From: Prochlorococcus sp. AG-679-M23
GTDB taxonomy: Bacteria > Cyanobacteriota > Cyanobacteriia > PCC-6307 > Cyanobiaceae
Length of the DNA: 64,000 nucleotides
Assembly (NCBI GenBank): GCA_003208875.1
Contig: QCUR01000001.1
Location: 256,001-320,000, forward strand
Direction of reading: 5' to 3'
Below, piece by piece: positions 52,763 to 64,000 of the stretch. Made by a program: the position numbers and the translations under genes. Position 1 is the first letter of the stretch. Each line of letters opens with the position of its first letter. The notes beneath the pieces were generated by a model. It was given only the letters and a program-made list of their open reading frames with translations, made no database searches and was not told where the DNA came from.

Positions 52763-53425
52763 CTACAAGTTTTTATTAAGAAGGTAAGGTTTGATAATTA
52801 TTTTATTGTCTTCCAAAATTGCAATTTCGGGATATTGATCTTTTGGCTTTTCTTTTGGACCTATAGCTACAATCTCGCAGATTCTTAGTTGTAGAGGATT
52901 TAGATAAAGAGAGGCAATAGAAGCATTTTTATTTCCATTTTTTCCTGCGAAAGCGATACCAAATAATTTCCCCCATACATAAACGTTATTATTTGCGGAA
53001 ATAATAGCTCCGGGATTTACGTCACCAATAATAAAAAGATCACCATTTGAAGATATTCGATCCCCTGATCTAATCGTGCCTTTGTGAAGTATGTCCTTTT
53101 TTAGATAGGAAGGATCTAATGGTAATTGATTTTCAAGGTCTTTGATTTTTAAAAAAGTTGAGTTGATTTTTAAAGACTTTCCACTTAAGACTGTTTCTCT
53201 ATTATTTGAATAAATATTTGAAAGCTTAATCAAATGTTTTTCAAGGATAAGTTTTAATTTTGCTAATTCGTATGAATTAATTTTTTCATTTTCTGTAATT
53301 AGATTTGCTGTAGCTGGGGCCTCTTTAGTAATTAAATTGTCGAAAAATTTTTGATCAATCTCAAAATTTTTGAAAGAAAATGATTTTATAAATTTATTAG
53401 CAATACCTCTTAAAATTAATTTCAT
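52763..53425 (-). CDS. minC: Septum site-determining protein
   Basis: TIRSG, GDVNPGA and VWGKLFGIAFAG C-terminal beta-helix. Confidence 0.92.
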   Translation of the reverse strand: MKLILRGIANKFIKSFSFKNFEIDQKFFDNLITKEAPATANLITENEKINSYELAKLKLILEKHLIKLSNIYSNNRETVLSGKSLKINSTFLKIKDLENQLPLDPSYLKKDILHKGTIRSGDRISSNGDLFIIGDVNPGAIISANNNVYVWGKLFGIAFAGKNGNKNASIASLYLNPLQLRICEIVAIGPKEKPKDQYPEIAILEDNKIIIKPYLLNKNL

Positions 53426-54685
53426 TTATACGTTAGCTCTTTCTATTGCAATCTGATCCTCTATCTCTTTTCTAAGCTCTCCTGGATAAATAATTAGTGA
53501 AGTATCCTTTGAAGACATTAGAGTATTTATTAAATCTGATTGATTTTCCAATAGGTTCTGATATGTACCATCCCATATTTTTAAAGAATTATCAGACTTA
53601 AAACCTTTAAAAGATCTTTCTTTAATTCCGCAAAATATCTCTGAATCATAATTATTTAATTTACATTTTTTTCTGGCAAAAGCTAAGATTTCTAGTCTTT
53701 TTAATTTTGTGAGAAAACTTATATCTGATGCTTTTAGTAAGTTTCTATCAATAAACATCTTACAAAGAGTCTTTAAAGGTTCAAAAGATTCTTCTTTCCA
53801 TTTCATTAAATGGAAATAAAATACAATATCATCATTCGCAAGGAAGTCCTTAACCTCAAGTTGGTTTGGAAAAAATATCCATCTGCGCATGCTTTCATCT
53901 ATCCATAAGTCCTTTTTTACGGAATCATTTTTGATAATTTGAATAATTTTTTCTAAAATCCAAGTAGAAATTTCATTGATTCTGTGGTTATAAATAGTTC
54001 TATACATCATGTTCCTTAGAACTAAAAAATGTTCTATAGCTATTACTCCTTTTGGTTTGATTGCGATATTCCCATCAGGAGAAAAAGTAAGAGCTGAAAT
54101 AATTCTTTCTAAGTCTACTAATCCATATTTTGTTCCAGTGTTATAACTATCACGAAGCAAATAATCAAGTCGATCACAATCTATTTCACTACTAATTAAT
54201 GTTTTTAAAGGTCTTGAGAATAGGTTTTTAGTTGTAAATAAGTCTCCAATTTGATTAGGTAATTCGGTTCCGAAATTCTTAAGAATCGAAGAGATAGGTG
54301 AATAATTCTTAACTAAATTTTTAGACCATAACTCATGATCATGAGCAAATATAACCTCACTTGTATGACTTAAGGGACCATGGCCTAAATCATGTAAAAG
54401 AGCAGCACCAAAAAGTATGAATTTATTTTGGCTAAAATCAGGATTTATTTCTACTAGTTTTCTATAAATCTTTCTCGCGACGCAAAATACACCAATTGAG
54501 TGTGTGAATCTGCTTGATTCTGCTCCGTGAAAAAGAAGAGAGGCTGCACCTAATTGTTTTATCCTTCTCAATCTCTGAAATGCCAAAGTATCAATTAGCT
54601 GCATAATCATTAATTCTTCTGGTTTGTCTGAATCAATGATTATTTCTTTATGAATTGGATCATGAAAAATTCTTTTATTGTTCAT
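53426..54685 (-). CDS. HD-domain phosphohydrolase (SAMHD1/YdhJ-like dNTPase family)
   Basis: DPIH, FQRLRRIKQLG, SRFTHSIG, LHDLGHGPLSH and DCDRLDYLLRD. Confidence 0.9.
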   Translation of the reverse strand: MNNKRIFHDPIHKEIIIDSDKPEELMIMQLIDTLAFQRLRRIKQLGAASLLFHGAESSRFTHSIGVFCVARKIYRKLVEINPDFSQNKFILFGAALLHDLGHGPLSHTSEVIFAHDHELWSKNLVKNYSPISSILKNFGTELPNQIGDLFTTKNLFSRPLKTLISSEIDCDRLDYLLRDSYNTGTKYGLVDLERIISALTFSPDGNIAIKPKGVIAIEHFLVLRNMMYRTIYNHRINEISTWILEKIIQIIKNDSVKKDLWIDESMRRWIFFPNQLEVKDFLANDDIVFYFHLMKWKEESFEPLKTLCKMFIDRNLLKASDISFLTKLKRLEILAFARKKCKLNNYDSEIFCGIKERSFKGFKSDNSLKIWDGTYQNLLENQSDLINTLMSSKDTSLIIYPGELRKEIEDQIAIERANV

Positions 54686-54720
54686 AACTAAAAAATTATC
54701 TATTAAAAAAAAATCTTTTT

Positions 54721-56031
54721 TTAATTTTCAATGTCTTTGTTTTCTAATTTATTTACTTTATCTTCGACATCATTTTCATCAAATAAAGCGTTTAGGAATA
54801 TCTCTGCATTTTTTACCCATTTATCCTCAGAATTGCCGTATTCCCTAGCCTCGGGTAGGCCTAAAATTTTATCAGGAGTTATGCCCTTACCCTGAATATT
54901 ATTACCCTGAGGTGTTAAATAACTGGCAACAGTAATAGCGATACCACTGTCTTCACCTAAACTTTTCAAAGACTGAATAAGTCCTTTCCCATAAGTTTGT
55001 TCACCCATTAAAGTTGATCTCTTATTATCTTGCAGGGATCCTGCCAGGATTTCACTTGCGCTTGCAGTACCTTTGTTTACTAAAGTAACCATCGGGCCAT
55101 CAAAGGAAGTATTTTTCTGAGAAATTATTGCATCTTTAATGCCATTTCTATCTTTTGTTTCTACGATTGGTTTTTCGCTTAGAAACGAGTCTGCTACTGC
55201 TATTCCAGAACTTACTAACCCGCCAGAGTTGTTTCTTAAATCAAGTATTACCCCCTCAACTTCTTTATCTTTGAGTTCCTGAAGAGCCTCTTCAATTTTT
55301 TTTGGAACACTTTCGCTAAATTGAGTTATTCTTAAATATCCAATTGTATGAGAGTCATCTCTCAATCTCTTTGTTCTTACTGGTCTAAGGTCAACTGATC
55401 TTCTTTCTAAATCAATTTCTTTAGTCTCATCAGACATGGACTTAATTTGAACAAGAACCTTTGTTCCAGATTCCCCCCTAAGTTTTGATGCGGTATTTGC
55501 CAGCCCTAAGTCGGAACAAGATATTCCATCAACCTTATCTATTTTATCTCCACTAATTATCCCTGCTTCTTCGGCAGGAGATCCTGCTAATGTCGAAATA
55601 ACTTTGATTTCTTTAGTTATTTCATCTTCTCCTAATTGAAGTCCTACGCCATTTATTTCACTTCCAAAATTGCTTGTTTTCAGAAGTTCATAATCTTTTG
55701 GCTTTAATATTCTTGTAAAAGGATCTTCAAGAGGTTTCAACATATCTTCAATTGCAGAATAAGCCTCATCACTTGTTTCAATTTGTTTCTGTAATGTTTT
55801 TTGTCTAATCCTCTTCCACTGGATTTCATCAAGCCTTTCTGGATCATAATATCCCTCATTTACTAACGTCCAAGCGTCAAGTACAAATTGCTTGCTATCA
55901 CTAAGCGCATTGACGCTTGGAATATATAAAAAATTGGTAGATAAAATACAGATCATTATGATTATGATCCATTTTTTGAATATTAAAAATTTGTTAAAAG
56001 ATGAATTCATTGGGTTAAGTGTTAACACCAA
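54721..56031 (-). CDS. ctpA: C-terminal processing protease (S41)
   Basis: PDZ (GVGL, GSPA), DLRNNSGG, TASASEI and TYGKG. Confidence 0.92.
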   Translation of the reverse strand: MVLTLNPMNSSFNKFLIFKKWIIIIMICILSTNFLYIPSVNALSDSKQFVLDAWTLVNEGYYDPERLDEIQWKRIRQKTLQKQIETSDEAYSAIEDMLKPLEDPFTRILKPKDYELLKTSNFGSEINGVGLQLGEDEITKEIKVISTLAGSPAEEAGIISGDKIDKVDGISCSDLGLANTASKLRGESGTKVLVQIKSMSDETKEIDLERRSVDLRPVRTKRLRDDSHTIGYLRITQFSESVPKKIEEALQELKDKEVEGVILDLRNNSGGLVSSGIAVADSFLSEKPIVETKDRNGIKDAIISQKNTSFDGPMVTLVNKGTASASEILAGSLQDNKRSTLMGEQTYGKGLIQSLKSLGEDSGIAITVASYLTPQGNNIQGKGITPDKILGLPEAREYGNSEDKWVKNAEIFLNALFDENDVEDKVNKLENKDIEN

Positions 56032-56079
56032 GTAAGTGAATTTTAAGTAAGCTCTTTATATCAAAGCTATTTTTTTTGG

Positions 56080-56736
56080 ATGTCTGATTCCTCTTCCGTT
56101 TATGACTGGTTTCAAGAGAGACTTGAAATTCAAGACATAACTGACGACGTAACTTCCAAGTACGTACCCCCTCACGTAAATATATTTTACTGTTTAGGAG
56201 GCATAACTTTAGTATGCTTCTTAATTCAATTTGCAACAGGTTTTGCAATGACTTTTTATTATAAGCCGACTGTTACCCAAGCTTATAATTCTGTTAGCTA
56301 TTTAATGACTGATGTAAGTTTTGGCTGGTTAATTAGATCTGTTCATAGATGGAGTGCTTCTATGATGGTATTAATGTTAATTCTACATGTATTTAGGGTA
56401 TATCTTACTGGAGGATTTAAAAGACCAAGAGAATTAACATGGGTAACGGGGGTTGTCATGGCAGTTATAACAGTTGCTTTCGGAGTTACTGGATATTCAC
56501 TTCCATGGGACCAAGTTGGATACTGGGCAGTTAAAATAGTTTCAGGTGTTCCTGCAGCAATACCGATTATTGGTGATTTTATGGTTGAACTTCTTCGAGG
56601 AGGAGAAAGTGTTGGTCAATCTACTCTAACTAGATTTTATAGCCTCCATACTTTTGTTCTACCTTGGTCTTTAGCTGTATTTATGCTTATGCATTTTTTA
56701 ATGATTCGTAAACAAGGTATTTCAGGTCCGTTATAA
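56080..56736 (+). CDS. petB: Cytochrome b6
   Basis: [22 protein letters not shown] and RKQGISGPL. Confidence 0.99.
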   Translation: MSDSSSVYDWFQERLEIQDITDDVTSKYVPPHVNIFYCLGGITLVCFLIQFATGFAMTFYYKPTVTQAYNSVSYLMTDVSFGWLIRSVHRWSASMMVLMLILHVFRVYLTGGFKRPRELTWVTGVVMAVITVAFGVTGYSLPWDQVGYWAVKIVSGVPAAIPIIGDFMVELLRGGESVGQSTLTRFYSLHTFVLPWSLAVFMLMHFLMIRKQGISGPL

Positions 56737-56778
56737 ACCCTTATAATCCTAAAAACTGAACATTTTGAATTATTTTAT

Positions 56779-57261
56779 ATGTCTACTTTAAAAAAACCTG
56801 ATTTATCTGATCCGAAATTAAGAGCTAAGTTAGCTAAAGGTATGGGCCATAATTATTATGGTGAGCCTGCTTGGCCAAACGATCTTTTGTATATTTTCCC
56901 CGTTGTAATACTTGGAACTATTGCTTGTGTAGTTGGTCTTGCTGTCTTAGATCCTGCGATGTTGGGAGACAAAGCTAATCCATTTGCTACCCCTCTAGAA
57001 ATTTTGCCTGAGTGGTATCTCTATCCCGTATTTCAAATTCTGAGGGTTGTTCCTAATAAGCTACTTGGTATCGCTCTTCAAACATTAATTCCTCTTGGAT
57101 TAATGATCCTACCCTTTATTGAAAATGTAAACAAATTCTCTAATCCTTTTAGGAGACCAGTTGCGATGTCAGTCTTTCTTTTTGGAACCTTTTTAACTAT
57201 TTATTTAGGAATTGGTGCTTGCTTACCTATTGATAAATCTCTTACTTTGGGATTATTTTAA
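56779..57261 (+). CDS. petD: Cytochrome b6f subunit IV
   Basis: [13 protein letters not shown] and PEWY motif. Confidence 0.99.
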   Translation: MSTLKKPDLSDPKLRAKLAKGMGHNYYGEPAWPNDLLYIFPVVILGTIACVVGLAVLDPAMLGDKANPFATPLEILPEWYLYPVFQILRVVPNKLLGIALQTLIPLGLMILPFIENVNKFSNPFRRPVAMSVFLFGTFLTIYLGIGACLPIDKSLTLGLF

Positions 57262-57267
57262 AGTTCT

Positions 57268-58707
57268 TCAAAGATTAAACATGTCTAAATCATCATTATC
57301 TTCTCTTAGAAAGTGATGCATCAATAAAAATCCAACTATTGTCCATGTCTGATAGGTTCTTGACTGCTGTCCAACCCATGTACCAGTAGGTCCGTCAAAA
57401 TATTCTGCCCACTCTTGTTTTGGTAATTGATTAAGTTGACACCAATATGATTCTTCTATTAAAGATCTCATCTCTTCCATTAAAATCACATCTTCAGTAG
57501 GAAATTTTTTTTGATGTAAAAGAACAGAAGCTCCAAAATACCAAAGTAAACTTGGCCAATGACCTCCGTTATGATAACTCCAAGGCCAGTTTTTAGGATC
57601 TGACCCTGTTTTATTTTGCCACTCCTCTACATCCATGTGAGGGTGACATATTCTCATCGGCATTTGTGCCATAAGATGTTGTCTGTTGTGAAGCACTAGT
57701 CTAAAAAGTGCTCTTTGTTCTTCAGATGGGAGGACTCCAAACATGCATGCTAAAGAATTCCCTAAGCTATAAAATCTAAAGTCAGGTCTACCAGTCCTAA
57801 TATTGCCTATTAAATATCCACCTCTGTTCTCTAACCAGTCCTGTAGCCATGAAGGGACTACCTGAGGTTGAACATTAAATTCATTAAAATGTTGGTCATC
57901 ACCGTATTGTTCTGTTGGCCTTCTTCTTAAAATTTGCATTGTTTGGCTTGTAACCCAGTAATGCTTTAAAAGAAAACTTCTTAAATCCTCAACCCATTGA
58001 CTAGTAAGAATAAGTCTCTGTTCTAATAATCTACTAACGTGATCTTCACGGCTTAATTCCATTAGATTTATACAACTTTTTAAACATCCATGAAGTAAAA
58101 CCTCCACTTCCAAAGGTGCGCCCCAGACATCCATTGGTCTATCAATCATAAATGCACAGTCTGGAACGAAAAGAACAGGTGTCCCCTCAAATGTTGGATG
58201 TAAAACTAAATCTAGTAAAAGTTGAATCCCTCTCTGCACACTTTGGCTTTTACCAAATGAATGGTCACCACTCTTGTTGACATAAAACCAGCATAATATT
58301 GGCCACCATAAACTCGCATCAGCAGAAGTAATTCTTCCTATGGATCTCTGGCCATAGTCGCCAATTAATTTTCCTTTCTCTTCGACAAAACTTGTGGGGA
58401 ATACACCCCTTGTTTGATAATTAGTACTTTGCAGCTCAAGACATACCTTTAAAAACTTTTTTACAATATCGTACCTTTTTTGGGTAATGAGATAAATCAT
58501 TACTGGAACATTATCTCTTAGAAAAATTTCACCATAATTTAACTTGAGATTTTTTGTAGGGTGTTCTAGTGCCGCAACACTGCCAACCAACTCCCCTGAA
58601 ATTTCAACTAAGGTCTTTTCAAAGTGCTTTTTTGCATTTGTTACAATTTTGTCTTCATCTGAACTTGGACGAACTCTTAAATTTTTTTGACTAAATCTTT
58701 CTGCCAT
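57268..58707 (-). CDS. Alkaline/neutral invertase (GH100)
   Basis: LNYGEIFLRD, DASLWW, MIDRPM, SYHNGGHWP, WAEYFDG and QTWTI. Confidence 0.93.
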   Translation of the reverse strand: MAERFSQKNLRVRPSSDEDKIVTNAKKHFEKTLVEISGELVGSVAALEHPTKNLKLNYGEIFLRDNVPVMIYLITQKRYDIVKKFLKVCLELQSTNYQTRGVFPTSFVEEKGKLIGDYGQRSIGRITSADASLWWPILCWFYVNKSGDHSFGKSQSVQRGIQLLLDLVLHPTFEGTPVLFVPDCAFMIDRPMDVWGAPLEVEVLLHGCLKSCINLMELSREDHVSRLLEQRLILTSQWVEDLRSFLLKHYWVTSQTMQILRRRPTEQYGDDQHFNEFNVQPQVVPSWLQDWLENRGGYLIGNIRTGRPDFRFYSLGNSLACMFGVLPSEEQRALFRLVLHNRQHLMAQMPMRICHPHMDVEEWQNKTGSDPKNWPWSYHNGGHWPSLLWYFGASVLLHQKKFPTEDVILMEEMRSLIEESYWCQLNQLPKQEWAEYFDGPTGTWVGQQSRTYQTWTIVGFLLMHHFLREDNDDLDMFNL

Positions 58708-58793
58708 TTCAGTTGAATCCCTTTAATTAAGCCTAGTTCTTTAAGTGGACTTTGAACAAAATAAAAATTAATAAAAAAATTTTGTATAAAAGG

Positions 58794-58823
58794 TTGCAAA
58801 ACTACAGTCGGATGGTTTAGTAT
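58794..58823 (+). promoter_or_regulatory. Putative sigma70 promoter of the rRNA operon
   Basis: TTGCAA-18nt-TAGTAT preceded by an A/T-rich UP-like tract, about 500 bp before 16S. Confidence 0.5.
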
Positions 58824-59317
58824 TTTCTTCTGGGCAAAAATATTTTTTTTGCATTATTCAAACAATTATCTTAAATCTAATTTTTGGTAAATGAATGAAT
58901 TGTATGGAGATTTGATTTCTATCATTATCTTTAGCCAGTAGAAGGGTTTTCCTTCGAATTGGGTTATTCATTTATTGATTAACTCTGCACCTAGAAAATT
59001 TAAAACTTAGGAACTGATGCTTTTATTGCGTCAAGAATTTATCGAATTTATTTTTGGTAATTTTGAGATGTATTTGCAATAAAGGTGTGAGGTCCCGTCA
59101 AGAATATATAAATTGTTTTCAATTGCTAACTTTTTAGTCTTTTGAAAACCAACGGATCTGAGATCTTGGAAAGTCACTTTGAAATATTTTTAATGTGCAC
59201 TCAAAGTAATCCTTAATTATCTAAGGAGGCTGAACCTAAATTACTTAAGTCAATCTTATGTTTATTTGGAGAACGCAATTCATATTGAGTAGATTTTGTC
59301 TACAAAAGGATTTGAAC

Positions 59318-60801
<1,484 letters not shown>

Positions 60802-60925
60802 ACAGGGAGACAACAAAATGTAAATATTAATTTTGTCACCTTAGGTCGATCGGTATCTCAGATTCTTATTTTTTAAGAATTTCAGTTTCTAAGTTTTTTC
60901 TAGGTCACACCCATCACTTTTTCCT

Positions 60926-60999
<74 letters not shown>

Positions 61000-61011
61000 T
61001 ATCTCTATGTT

Positions 61012-61084
61012 GGGGGTATAGCTCAGTTGGTAGAGCGCCTGCTTTGCAAGCAGGATGTCAGCGGTTCGAGTCCGCTTACCTCCA
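61012..61084 (+). tRNA. trnA: tRNA-Ala(UGC)
   Basis: GGGGGTATAGCTCAG...GCTTTGCAAGC...TACCTCCA, with a G3-U70 pair. Confidence 0.97.
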
Positions 61085-61351
61085 CTGAATACCACCTCTT
61101 ACATATATTAAAAGAGGGAAATTGTTTTGAGTCGTGTCCTATTTTGCTCTGAGCGAATCTAGCTTCCTATTTTATTTAATAAATAAGATGCTGGACTCAT
61201 TGAATTTTTTTCATTGTTTTCAGAGAACCTTGACAACTGCATAGATTATTTTTGAAGACAATAAGCATCTTTAATGATGCAGATTTATTATTTGTGCGAA
61301 TGCATTAAATAACAATTCTATTAAGCTGATGCTTCAATTATTGAAGTTATT

Positions 61352-64000
<2,649 letters not shown>

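Noticed and set aside
58830..59317. About 490-bp ORF-free stretch with hairpins (e.g. GTTTTCAA...TTGAAAAC) as a possible novel ncRNA
   Set aside because: Its position and a boxA-like GCACCTAGAAAA fit the ordinary rRNA leader and processing stems.

Overview
AT-rich, densely packed core-genome segment of a high-light-adapted Prochlorococcus. The assignment rests on a picocyanobacterial 16S, a ~550 bp ITS, a lone degenerate cpeB with cpeS and no cpeA, and a CPD photolyase. The window runs from the 3' end of amt1 through ispH, purH, cobS, tgt, psbK, pyrE, hisB, fabI, phrB, folK, chlD, ndhCKJ, rubA-ycf48-psbEFLJ, mtnP, selD, uvrD, cpeB/cpeS, metK, rps1, nrdR, psbBT, psbM, prmC, minCDE, ctpA, petBD and a neutral invertase into the rRNA operon (16S, tRNA-Ile, tRNA-Ala, partial 23S). 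Three further tRNAs and several small genes missing from the ORF track were read by hand: psbK, psbF, psbT, psbM, a corrected psbL start, and two small hypotheticals. I see no mobile element, CRISPR array, prophage or clearly new multi-gene system. The best leads are (1) a multi-stem RNA-like element upstream of the DUF3155 gene, (2) a pseudoknotted leader upstream of rps1, (3) a TM0106 nuclease with an intact Fe-S staple and DEDD domain but an apparently eroded PD-(D/E)xK site, (4) two unannotated, translationally coupled small ORFs, and (5) an extremely tight head-to-head mtnP/selD arrangement. All calls come from motif recognition; no database searches were run.
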